Shown: positions 50,917 to 59,995, numbered from the stretch's first letter. The stretch: 64,000 nucleotides of DNA from an uncultured Thermoleophilia bacterium (GCA_963699725.1 CAVOVA010000001.1:5836-69835); one strand, 5' to 3'. The notes: generated by a model from the letters alone, not told the origin. Made by a program: numbers and translations.

Positions 50917-51366
50917 ATGACAGACGCGCAGACCAACGAGCAGAAACGGGTGCTCCTCGGAGATGGGCTCTTCACCCCGACAGAGCCGGGTGAAGACGGC
51001 CAGATCATCGCCACGCACTGCAACTCGTGCGGCGACTACTTCTTCCCGCGCAGCTTCACCTGCCACAACCCCGACTGCGAAGAGAAGGACGTCGAGGACG
51101 TCGCCCTCAGCTCCACCGGCACGGTCGACACCTACTCGGACATGAGCTACCCGCCGCCGCCGCCGTTCGTGGCGTCCAAGGAGGACTGGGAGCCCACTCC
51201 GGTGGTCTCGGTGAAGATGCCCGAAGGCATCCACATCATCGGGATGATGGAAGGCTGCACGCCCGAGGAAGTCTCCATCGGCATGCCCGTCAAGACCGTG
51301 ATCCGCGTGCTCTACACCAACAAGAACGGTGAAGAGCTGGTCGGCTGGAAGTTCAGGAGGGTCTGA
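50917..51366 (+). CDS. DUF35 Zn-ribbon/OB-fold protein (thiolase partner)
   Basis: 149 aa from ATG 50917 (AAGGAG RBS). CNSCGDYFFPRSFTCHNPDC rubredoxin-like ribbon followed by an OB-like domain. Confidence 0.75.
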   Translation: MTDAQTNEQKRVLLGDGLFTPTEPGEDGQIIATHCNSCGDYFFPRSFTCHNPDCEEKDVEDVALSSTGTVDTYSDMSYPPPPPFVASKEDWEPTPVVSVKMPEGIHIIGMMEGCTPEEVSIGMPVKTVIRVLYTNKNGEELVGWKFRRV

Positions 51367-51368
51367 CC

Positions 51369-52556
51369 GTGGACGATATCGCCATCATCGGAGCGGGTCT
51401 GCACCCCTGGGGCAAGTTCCCCGAGAAGTTCTGGACCAACATGGCGTCGGACGCGATCTACGAGGCCCTCGAGGATGCCGGCATCACCTGGAAGGACATC
51501 GAGATCGTCGTCTCCGGTTCGCAGAACTGGGGCGGGCGCAAGGGTATCTATGCCGGGAGCTACATCGACGAGGTCATGGGCTACACCGGCGTGCCCACCA
51601 TGAACATCAACAACGCGTGCGCCACGGGCGGCACCTGCATCGCCGTAGCTGCCGCGATGGTCGCCTCGGGCCAGGCCGACATCGTGCTGGCCGTCGCCGC
51701 CGACAAGTCGGCGAAGGGCTTCTTCCCCTTCCTGCCGCCCTACCACGAGGAGCCGGTGCCGGCCGACGACACCATGCGCTGGCTGATGGGCCTGCCGAAC
51801 CCGGTGTACTGGGCGCTCGAGTGCCGCAAGAAGATGGACAGGTTCGGCATCACCGACGAGCACCTCGCCATGGTCAAGGTCGCCACCAGCAAGCACGGCT
51901 CCCTCAACCCGGCGGCGCGCTATCAGAAGGAGTTCACCCTCGAGGAGGTCCTCGCGTCGCCGATGGTGACCAACCCGCTGCGCCTGTACGAGATCTGCGC
52001 GACCAGTGATGGCGCCGGGGCCGTGATCCTCTGCAACGCCAAGAAGGCGAAGCAGTTCACCTCCAAACCCATCACGATCTGCGGCTCCGGCCTCGGCAGC
52101 CCGCTGTACGGCGACCCGACGACGCGCATCCCGGTGCTCGGCTTCCAGCCCAAGGAGGGCATGCCGATCATCAGCGAGAGCTGGGTCGCGGCCCGGGCCG
52201 CCTTCGAGGATGCGGGCATGGGCCCGGAGGACATCGACTTCGTCGAGGTGCCGGACAACAGCTCGTGGCACTACTTCCAGTACCTCGAGACCATGGGCTT
52301 CTTCGAGGAGGGCACGGCTCACCTCGCGCTCGAGCGCGGCGAGACGGTGATCGGCGGCAGACTGCCGGTCTGCCCCAGCGGCGGCTTCTCCAGCTTCGGC
52401 GAGGCCACCATGGCGCAGGGGTTCGCCCAGGTCTACGAGATGGTCCTGCAGCTGCGCGGCCAGTGCGGCGCTCGGCAGGTGGAGGGCGCCAGGGTCGGCA
52501 TGTCCGAGGTCTACGGCATGGCCGGCAACAACGCCGCCCTCATCCTCAAGAACTAG
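51369..52556 (+). CDS. Thiolase-fold protein of the SCP-x/DUF35-associated type
   Basis: 395 aa. NNACATGG active-site Cys, and CPSGGFSSFGEA. Starts 2 nt after the DUF35 stop. Confidence 0.8.
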   Translation: MDDIAIIGAGLHPWGKFPEKFWTNMASDAIYEALEDAGITWKDIEIVVSGSQNWGGRKGIYAGSYIDEVMGYTGVPTMNINNACATGGTCIAVAAAMVASGQADIVLAVAADKSAKGFFPFLPPYHEEPVPADDTMRWLMGLPNPVYWALECRKKMDRFGITDEHLAMVKVATSKHGSLNPAARYQKEFTLEEVLASPMVTNPLRLYEICATSDGAGAVILCNAKKAKQFTSKPITICGSGLGSPLYGDPTTRIPVLGFQPKEGMPIISESWVAARAAFEDAGMGPEDIDFVEVPDNSSWHYFQYLETMGFFEEGTAHLALERGETVIGGRLPVCPSGGFSSFGEATMAQGFAQVYEMVLQLRGQCGARQVEGARVGMSEVYGMAGNNAALILKN

Positions 52557-52567
52557 GGGGAGGCATC

Positions 52568-53350
52568 ATGGCCGACTACGCGACCATCCTCTACGACACG
52601 GCGGATCACGCGGCGTGGATCACGCTGAACAGACCGGAAGTGCTCAACGCGCAGAGCGACGAGCTGCGCGCGGAGGTGACGCAGGCGCTCGAGCGCGCCA
52701 GCCTGGACGACGACGTCCACGTCGTCGTCGTCACGGGCGCCGGGGAGAAGGCCTTCAGCGCCGGCGCCGACATCAGCCAGTTCCCGGAGCGGTACCCGGT
52801 GGACGTGGTCACCGCCAAGGCGCGGCGACGTCCCTACGAGACCATCCGCGAGATGCCCAAACCGGTCGTCGCCGCCGTCAACGGCCTCGCCCTCGGCGGC
52901 GGCTGCGAGCTGGTGCTGGCCTGCGACCTGGTCGTCGCCGCCGACACCGCCAAGTTCGGCCAGCCGGAGATCCGCGTCGGCGTCATTCCCGGCTGCGGCG
53001 GCACGCAGATCCTGCCGCGGCTGATGGGGGAGAAGCGCGCCAAGGAGTTCATCTTCACCGGGCGCATGATGGAGGCCGACGAAGCGCTCGGGTACGGCAT
53101 CGTGAACAAGGTCGTGCCGCTCGCCGAGCTCCGCGAGGCGACGGAGAAGCTCGTCAACGACCTCCTGCGCAACAGCCCGGCGATCCTCAAGCTGGCCAAG
53201 ATCGCCGTCAACAAGTCGCTCGAGACGCCGCTCTCCGTCGGCATGAGCTACGAGCGGGATCTCTTCGCGATGTGCTTCGGCACCGACGATCAGAAGGAGG
53301 GCGCCAAGGCGTTCCTCGAGAAGCGCAAGCCCACCTACACAGGGACATGA
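52568..53350 (+). CDS. Enoyl-CoA hydratase/isomerase (crotonase)
   Basis: 260 aa. VVVTGAGEKAFSAGADI, AAVNGLALGGGCELVLACD, and KEGAKAFLEKRKP. Confidence 0.9.
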   Translation: MADYATILYDTADHAAWITLNRPEVLNAQSDELRAEVTQALERASLDDDVHVVVVTGAGEKAFSAGADISQFPERYPVDVVTAKARRRPYETIREMPKPVVAAVNGLALGGGCELVLACDLVVAADTAKFGQPEIRVGVIPGCGGTQILPRLMGEKRAKEFIFTGRMMEADEALGYGIVNKVVPLAELREATEKLVNDLLRNSPAILKLAKIAVNKSLETPLSVGMSYERDLFAMCFGTDDQKEGAKAFLEKRKPTYTGT

Positions 53351-53367
53351 CCGTGCGCGGCGCAGCC

Positions 53368-53387
53368 GTTGGGGCGGCCGCCCCAAC
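53368..53387 (+). terminator. GC-rich perfect palindrome GTTGGGGCGG/CCGCCCCAAC after the crotonase gene
   Basis: Lies 18 nt after the stop and has no U-tract. Weak call. Confidence 0.3.
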
Positions 53388-53450
53388 TCCCCGCATCAGA
53401 TGCGCGGGAGCGCGGGCGGGGGTGCGACACTGAGCCAGGGGAGAAGGGCG

Positions 53451-54314
53451 ATGGCGAACATCACGGCGGCAGGCGAACGCCGCAAGCGGGAGCATCCCGC
53501 AGACGGCCGGCGGCGCGGCGGCGACGCGCTCGTGCTGCGCACGCTCGCCGGCGGATTGGCGATGCTGGGTCTCTTCGACGCCGAGCATCGCCAGTGGAGC
53601 CTGGACGAGATGGTCGCCCACCTCGGGGTGTCGCGGATGACCGGCTATCGCATGGCACGCACCCTCCAGAGCACCGGGCACCTCGTGTACGAGCCGGAGG
53701 CCGGCAGGTATCATCTCGGGCCGGCCATGCTCGCAGGCATCTATCTGGCGGAGGACTTCGCTCAGCTCGTGACGATCTCGCGGCCGTATCTCGAGTCGCT
53801 GATGAAGGAGACCGGGGAGCTGGCCGCCCTGGCGGTGGAGCTCGACGGCGTCGCGGTCTGTGTCGACCTCGTCGCCTCCGCGCGCCCCTTCGTGCCCGAG
53901 ATCGCCATGGGGCGCACGATCGGAGACACGGCGAACGCCCACGGCAAGATGTTCGCCGCCATGAAACCCGATGCCGAACGGGCGCGGATCGTCGGCAGGC
54001 CGCACGAGCGGCTCACGCCGGCGACGATCACCGACCCCGACGCGCTGGCGGCCGAGCTGGAGAAGATCAGGAGTGATGAACTGGCCTACGACCTCGAGGA
54101 ACACGACCTCGGCACCTGTGCCGTGGTCGCGCCCGTGCGGAACCAGATGGGAGAGGTCATCGCGACGCTTGGCGTCGTGGTCCCCACGGGTCGTTTCGAC
54201 CCCGAGGCAAGAGCGGTGTGCGCCGAGGCGGTGAGGGTCACGGCCGCCTCCCTCTCCGAGTTCTACGGGTACTCGCGACCGGTCGCGCGGCGCGGCGGCG
54301 CCGGTACGCAGTGA
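53451..54314 (+). CDS. IclR-family transcriptional regulator (paralog 2)
   Basis: Part of ORF 53400-54314, from ATG 53451. WSLDEMVAHLGVSRMTGYRMARTL, GRTIGDTANAHGKMFAA and VVVPTGRFDPEARAVCAEAV mirror paralog 1. Confidence 0.85.
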   Translation: MANITAAGERRKREHPADGRRRGGDALVLRTLAGGLAMLGLFDAEHRQWSLDEMVAHLGVSRMTGYRMARTLQSTGHLVYEPEAGRYHLGPAMLAGIYLAEDFAQLVTISRPYLESLMKETGELAALAVELDGVAVCVDLVASARPFVPEIAMGRTIGDTANAHGKMFAAMKPDAERARIVGRPHERLTPATITDPDALAAELEKIRSDELAYDLEEHDLGTCAVVAPVRNQMGEVIATLGVVVPTGRFDPEARAVCAEAVRVTAASLSEFYGYSRPVARRGGAGTQ

Positions 54315-54634
54315 CGGACCCGCTGACCTGGCCGGAGGGTCCGCGCGCCGTCGTTCGCGGCCGTGATCGTCTCCGACCTCCTGGATATGGTCTGGACACC
54401 ACCGTCGTACGCTGACGGCAGGGACGGCCACGTCACGCGGTTCTCCGGGCTGGACCGAGATCCTGCGGACGGCGGATCGACCGGAGCGGCGGTCGGGCGC
54501 TCCAGTCTCAACGACTTCGCCTCGAGCGACTCGTCCAGCGGCGCGGACATGGGCGCCGCCACGCTGCGTGGGTACGGGTTGCGAGTCTCCCGGCATGCAC
54601 GCTCGACCATCGGTACGCAGAATACGATGTGTGC

Positions 54635-54662
54635 TTGCCAACATGCGGTATTTCCGTATCAT
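54635..54662 (+). promoter_or_regulatory. Candidate promoter (-35 TTGCCA, 16-nt spacer, -10 TATCAT)
   Basis: TTGCCAACATGCGGTATTTCCGTATCAT, about 75 nt upstream of the aminotransferase ATG. The spacer contains CGGTAT, as at 60128-60155. Confidence 0.4.
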
Positions 54663-54736
54663 TGTGTCCTACGACCGTCCGCCGCTGAGTCGGCGACGCT
54701 CGACAGAGTCCGCGCAACGACGAGGGGGAGCATGCA

Positions 54737-56113
54737 ATGATCGCCGAGTCCGACCTCCTGGCATTGTCCCATCCGGGCGCGCCCAAGATGGTGACCGAGG
54801 TCCCGGGTCCCAAGGTCAACTCGCTCATGGCCGAGTCGGCCAAGTATGAGTCGTTCACCCGCGGCGGCGGCGGGTTCCCGGTCATCCTCGAGCAGGGCAA
54901 GGGTTCCACCGTGTTCGACGCCGACGGCAACCTCTATATCGACATGGCGGCCGGCGTTGCCGTCAACGCGGTCGGCCGTGGCCATCCCAAGGTCCTCGAG
55001 GCGATCCGGCGCCAGTGCGACGTCATCATGCACACCACGGACATCACCAACCCCAAGCGCATCGAGCTCGCCAAGAAGGTCTCCGGCATCATGCCCGAGG
55101 GTCTCGCCGGGAACTGCCACACTGCTGTCTATCAGGCCGGCAGCGACGCCGTCGAGACGGCCATCAAGTTCGCCCGCGCGTACACCGGCCGTTCGCAGCT
55201 CCTCGCCTTCCACGGCGCCTATCACGGGGTCTGGTGCGGCACCGCGGCGCTCACCACGTCCTACAACTACCGTCACGGCTGGGGTCCGCTGATCGCCGGC
55301 GTGCAGCACCTGCCGTACGCCTACTGTTACCGCTGCCCGTTCGGCAAGGAGTACCCCTCCTGCGACCTGCAGTGCGGCAAGTACGTGGACGACGTCCTCA
55401 ACGGCCCGTACACAGGCGCCGACGACGTCGCCGCCGTGGTGATCGAGTCGCAGCAGGGTGAGGGCGGGTACGTGGCTCCGCCGCCAGAGTTCCTTGAGGC
55501 GGTCAAGACCGCCTGCGAGAAGAACGGCTGCCTCTACATCGCCGACGAGGTGCAGTCCGGAGCGGGCCGCACCGGCAAGATGTGGGCCATTCAGTACTCA
55601 TCGGTGGTCCCCGACATGCTTACCTGGGGAAAGGGCATGGGCGGCGACATGCCGATGGCCGGCGTCACCTATCGCGCCGACATGGAAGAGGCCCTGCGCG
55701 AGGGCTCGCAGCCGAGCACCTTCGCCGGCAACGCCATGGGGTGCGAGGTCGCGATGACCAACATCGACCTCATCACCGACCCGGAGACGGACCTCCTCGG
55801 CCGCGCCGCGGCGCTCGGCGAGGAGATCAAAGGCCTCTTCACCGACGCGATGTCGACCGTCAAGGCCATCGGTGACGTGCGCGGCAACGGCCTGATGGTC
55901 GGCATCGAAGTGGTGGCCGACCGCAAGACCAGGGAGCCGCTGGCCGGCGAGAAGGTCGGCGAGATCGCCTTCAAGCTGCTCAACCGCGGCATCCTCATGA
56001 CGCCATGCGGGCGGCACGGCAACGTCTTCCGCTTCATGCCGCCGCTCACGATCCCGCATGACTATGCCGTGAGCGCGACGGACATCATGCTCGACATCCT
56101 CAAGGAGTACTGA
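54737..56113 (+). CDS. Class III (omega/4-aminobutyrate-type) PLP aminotransferase
   Basis: 458 aa. SGSDAVE-like block QAGSDAVETAIKFAR, DEVQSGAGRTGK, and TWGKGMGG (PLP Lys). Confidence 0.85.
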   Translation: MIAESDLLALSHPGAPKMVTEVPGPKVNSLMAESAKYESFTRGGGGFPVILEQGKGSTVFDADGNLYIDMAAGVAVNAVGRGHPKVLEAIRRQCDVIMHTTDITNPKRIELAKKVSGIMPEGLAGNCHTAVYQAGSDAVETAIKFARAYTGRSQLLAFHGAYHGVWCGTAALTTSYNYRHGWGPLIAGVQHLPYAYCYRCPFGKEYPSCDLQCGKYVDDVLNGPYTGADDVAAVVIESQQGEGGYVAPPPEFLEAVKTACEKNGCLYIADEVQSGAGRTGKMWAIQYSSVVPDMLTWGKGMGGDMPMAGVTYRADMEEALREGSQPSTFAGNAMGCEVAMTNIDLITDPETDLLGRAAALGEEIKGLFTDAMSTVKAIGDVRGNGLMVGIEVVADRKTREPLAGEKVGEIAFKLLNRGILMTPCGRHGNVFRFMPPLTIPHDYAVSATDIMLDILKEY

Positions 56114-56217
56114 GCGGAGCGGCATCCGATCGCGCCGCCGCCCGCGGCCAGTCACACGAGACTGTGGCCCGCCGCGGACCCCGCCGTCCCACGGACGCCC
56201 AAATGGGGAGGGTCGCC

Positions 56218-57036
56218 ATGTCCGACGCGTTGCAGTTCATCCAGGTCGGGGAACTGGCAAGAGGGATCAGCGAAGCCACGCTGCCGCCGGACGGCGGACT
56301 GAGCGGCACCTCGCTGACGCTCCACGGCCAGGACCAGACCGTCACGCGGCTCAACTTCCCGGCCGCCGGCCGCCTCGACTGGGAGGTGCTCGAAGGTCCA
56401 GGAGCCGGCGCGGGCGGCGAGGAGGCGTGCCTCGTCACGCGACCGCGTGACGAGGTCTTCGTGGTCGACTACATCGCCGGTTCGCGACGGGCGACGTCGG
56501 TGACGATCGTGCTCGACCGGGCGCAAGGAGCAGCCACGACCGTCGTCGGGACGCTGCCGACGGAGGAAGAGGCCTCCAGGAGCGCTTACGCGCTCGCCAC
56601 CGAGGGGGCGGAGCTCACCGGTGTCGCGGTCGAGTTCGTGCCTGCCTTCCTGGATCGCCCCTTCGTGCCGGGCGAGCACCCGCATGTGCCGACCGAAGAG
56701 CTCGTGGGCAAACGGGTCCGCTACGTCTACAGCCGGACAGAGGCCTACGAGCACATCTACCTCAACGAGGATCTGTACACGTGGCAGTGCCTCGAGGGCA
56801 GCGAGAAGGGTCTGGCCGACACCGATCGCTGCCACTACCGCAGGATAGGGGACCAGCTCTACCTCTTCGTCTGGCGTGAGAAGATCATCCCCACCCTCGG
56901 CGTCGTGCTCGTGGATTGGCAGGACAAGCGCTCGACCGGAAAGCTCTTCGGCTACGAGGCGAGCGACTTCGGCGCTCTCTCGAACACGCCCATCGCCTCT
57001 ACGGCGACCTTGCTCAACGTGACGAGGTACGCGTGA
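56218..57036 (+). CDS. MoaF-family protein (function unknown)
   Basis: Part of ORF 56164-57036, from ATG 56218 (GGGGAGGG RBS). The C-terminal block YEHIYLNEDLYTWQCLEGSEKGLADTDRCHYRRIGDQLYLFVWREKIIPTLGVVLVD matches MoaF_C as I recall it. Confidence 0.55.
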   Translation: MSDALQFIQVGELARGISEATLPPDGGLSGTSLTLHGQDQTVTRLNFPAAGRLDWEVLEGPGAGAGGEEACLVTRPRDEVFVVDYIAGSRRATSVTIVLDRAQGAATTVVGTLPTEEEASRSAYALATEGAELTGVAVEFVPAFLDRPFVPGEHPHVPTEELVGKRVRYVYSRTEAYEHIYLNEDLYTWQCLEGSEKGLADTDRCHYRRIGDQLYLFVWREKIIPTLGVVLVDWQDKRSTGKLFGYEASDFGALSNTPIASTATLLNVTRYA

Positions 57037-57370
57037 TCACGATGCCGTCGCCAGGAGCCTTTGCCGCCTTCGACCTTTTCCACTATCGTCAGCTGACATT
57101 GTGGCCACCTTGGTCAACTCAGCGCCGGCGGGAGCCGAGCGGCGCCTCGGTTCTTCCCAGCCGGACGAAGGGAGCGAGGATCAGACAGACCATGTGACTT
57201 GAATCGCGACCGGCAGTCCCAGGTCCGCCGCCGTCGGCACTCCGGCCTCCAGTCCCGGAGCGTGAATGGGACGGCAGAATGGGACTCGGACATGCCTCGC
57301 GTACAAGGCCCGCAGCCGTGCAGCGCGGCACGCGGAACGTTCTGAACGACATCAAAGGGGGACAGAGACC

Positions 57371-58597
57371 ATGCAGAGGAAAGTCGCGTACAGTGTTCTG
57401 GCGCTCATGCTGGTGCTGGGAGCACTCGTCCTGGCGGCGTGCGGCTCAGAAGGCGACACAGGGGCTCGCGATGAGTCCGCGACGCCTGCCGCGGAAGCCA
57501 CCGGCGAACCCTTGAAGATGGGGTTCGACGAAGGGTTCACAGGCTTCATGGCCGTCGACGCGGAGATGACCGACAAGGGCATCCAGCTGGCCGTCGAGCA
57601 GCTGGGCGGTCAGGTCGACGGTCGGCCGCTGGAGTACATCAAGGCAGATAACGGTTCCGATCCGGTCCAGGCGGTGGACAAAGCGAGGCAGCTCGTGGAG
57701 AGCGACAAGATCGACGTCATGCTCGGGCCGATCTTCTCGCCGGCGAACGCCGCCGTGACCGACTACCTCGCCAAGAACGGCGGCATCCCGTCCATCTCGA
57801 TCTACGGGCAGCCGATCGACAACATGAAGACGGCCAACGGGCTCTCGTTCGTCCCCAGCGGGCTGTTCTCGTTCGCCGGCTACGAGACCGGCAAGTACGC
57901 CGCCGAGCAGCTCGGGTACAAGACCGCCAACTGCATCAACTACGAGGACACCGCAGGCCGTCAGCTGCAGGAAGGCTTCACCAAGGGCTTCCAGGAAGCC
58001 GGAGGCAAGATCCTCAGCACCCAGTACGTGCCCATCGACGCCGTGGACTTCAGTTCGTACCTCACGAGTCTCAAGGATGCCGACTGCACCTACTGGTGGA
58101 TCTTCGGCAACGGTGCCGCGCCCTTCGTCAAGCAGTACAACGACTACGGCCTCACCGCCCCGCTGATCACGGCAATGGCCAGCAACCTCACCGAGCCGCA
58201 GCTCGCCGACCTCGGCGACGTCTCCCTCGGCCTCATCGGCGGTGAGTTCTACTCGCCGGAGATCGACAACCCCATGAACCAGCAGTTCGTGGATGCGTAC
58301 AAGGCCAAGTACGGCGGAGAATACCCGACCATGCAGTCCTTCGGCGCCTGGTTGGCCGTCAACCTGTTCGTGGAGGCGGTCAAGAAGACCGGCGGCGACA
58401 CGACGCCAACTGCGCTCATCGACGCGATGTCGAGCATCACCATCGACACCCCTGCCGGCCCGTACAGCATGAGCAAGTACCAGCAGATGTACGTCGGTAC
58501 CGGCAACTACTTCATGATGGAGACCAAGAAGGTGGGCGACCGGATCGCGTGGGTGCCCGTGTACACCTTCGAAGGTCTGTTGCACGAGCAGAAATAG
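57371..58597 (+). CDS. ABC transporter substrate-binding lipoprotein, LivJ/type-1 PBP family
   Basis: Part of ORF 57266-58597, from ATG 57371. Signal peptide with LVLAACGS lipobox. GPIFSPANAAV and typical Leu/Ile/Val-binding-family layout. Confidence 0.85.
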   Translation: MQRKVAYSVLALMLVLGALVLAACGSEGDTGARDESATPAAEATGEPLKMGFDEGFTGFMAVDAEMTDKGIQLAVEQLGGQVDGRPLEYIKADNGSDPVQAVDKARQLVESDKIDVMLGPIFSPANAAVTDYLAKNGGIPSISIYGQPIDNMKTANGLSFVPSGLFSFAGYETGKYAAEQLGYKTANCINYEDTAGRQLQEGFTKGFQEAGGKILSTQYVPIDAVDFSSYLTSLKDADCTYWWIFGNGAAPFVKQYNDYGLTAPLITAMASNLTEPQLADLGDVSLGLIGGEFYSPEIDNPMNQQFVDAYKAKYGGEYPTMQSFGAWLAVNLFVEAVKKTGGDTTPTALIDAMSSITIDTPAGPYSMSKYQQMYVGTGNYFMMETKKVGDRIAWVPVYTFEGLLHEQK

Positions 58598-58647
58598 CAC
58601 CTCGGCGGCGTCAAGCGGGCGCGGGACGCCGCAGGTTGGGACGAAGA

Positions 58648-58680
58648 GGGGCTCACGGCGGGATGCCGTGAGCCCCCCTT
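58648..58680 (+). terminator. Perfect 12-bp hairpin GGGGCTCACGGC-GGGAT-GCCGTGAGCCCC followed by CCTT
   Basis: Lies 50 nt after the SBP stop. Confidence 0.5.
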
Positions 58681-58822
58681 CGCATGCGGGAGTCGAGGTG
58701 CCTCGCCCGTCAGGAGGACGCCGGGTGCGCCGTACGGCGCGTGCGTGTCGCGGGCCAGCGTGGTGCCGGCAACGGCTCGTTTCAGGGGAGAAGTGTCACC
58801 GGCCGCACGGAGGTGTGTACAG

Positions 58823-59995
58823 ATGAGCTCCAGATTGGACGGTCTCGAGTTCCTGTCGCCGACCAGGTTCGTCTTCGGGTTCGGTACCTGCGCGCGCCTT
58901 GCCGACGAGGTCAAGGCGCTCGGGGGCACCAAGCCGCTGGTCGTCACCAAGAGGTCCATGGTCGAGCGGGGCGACGTGGCGCCCGCGTTCCGGTCGCTCG
59001 AGGACGGCCGTGTCCCCTTCGCCATCTATGACGGTGTCCTGCCCGACGCTCCTATCGGTCTGGTGGACGAGGCGGTCGAGGTCTTGAGGGCGTCGGGCTG
59101 CGACATCGTCGTCGGCCTCGGCGGTGGCAGCGCGATGGACATCGCCAAGTGCGTGGCCGTCGCGGCGACCAACGACGTAGGTGTGCGCGGGATGCTGGGG
59201 CACGGCAGGGTACCACGCCGCGGCCTCCCCAAGATCGTCGTCTCGACCACGCACGTCGCCGGCGCCGACACCGGCTCGGCGGCGGTGCTGCAGATCGACG
59301 ACCAGACTCACGAGCACGGCGTCGTCGACAGTCGCCACCTCCTGGCCGACACGGTCATCAACGATCCGGAGCTGACGCTGACGATGTCCGCGGAGGCGAC
59401 CATCGACACATGCCTCGACACCCTCGTCACGGGCGTCGAATGTCTCACCGGGTCGCAGGCGAACCCCCTGTCCGACCTCTACAGCGAGAGCATCCTGCGG
59501 ATCTGCGCGACGTATCTGCCGGCGGTCGTGGACGACGGATCTGATCGCGAGGCACGTTACAACCTGGCGCTCGCGGCGAGCATGGGCGGCTGGGCCTACA
59601 TGAGCTCGTTCATCGGCGCCGTCCACGGCATCTCCTACGGCGTCGCCGCGGTCTGCGGGCTCACCCACGGACGCTCGATGGCTGCCATCCTCCCGTCCGT
59701 GATGCGCTACAACCTGCAGACGCGCCCGGCGCCGTTCGTCCGCATCGCCGAGATCCTCGGTATGCGCACAGACGGGATCGCGGACTTCAAGGCGGCCAGG
59801 CACTCGGTGGTAGCGGTCGAGGAGCTTCTCGATCGCGTGGCCGTGGCGCACAGGCTGCGCGACTACGGTCTCAGGCGCGACCAGATCGGAGCCGTCGCCG
59901 ACCTCTCGTGGGGCCAGATAGACGACTTCCTCGAGTCCAACGCACGCCCGTTCGGCCGGGAGGACGTCGAGACCATCCTCAACGATGCATACTGA
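58823..59995 (+). CDS. Iron-containing (group III) alcohol dehydrogenase
   Basis: Part of ORF 58745-59995, from ATG 58823. VVGLGGGSAMDIAK motif and the GAVHGISYG His-cluster region. Confidence 0.85.
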   Translation: MSSRLDGLEFLSPTRFVFGFGTCARLADEVKALGGTKPLVVTKRSMVERGDVAPAFRSLEDGRVPFAIYDGVLPDAPIGLVDEAVEVLRASGCDIVVGLGGGSAMDIAKCVAVAATNDVGVRGMLGHGRVPRRGLPKIVVSTTHVAGADTGSAAVLQIDDQTHEHGVVDSRHLLADTVINDPELTLTMSAEATIDTCLDTLVTGVECLTGSQANPLSDLYSESILRICATYLPAVVDDGSDREARYNLALAASMGGWAYMSSFIGAVHGISYGVAAVCGLTHGRSMAAILPSVMRYNLQTRPAPFVRIAEILGMRTDGIADFKAARHSVVAVEELLDRVAVAHRLRDYGLRRDQIGAVADLSWGQIDDFLESNARPFGREDVETILNDAY

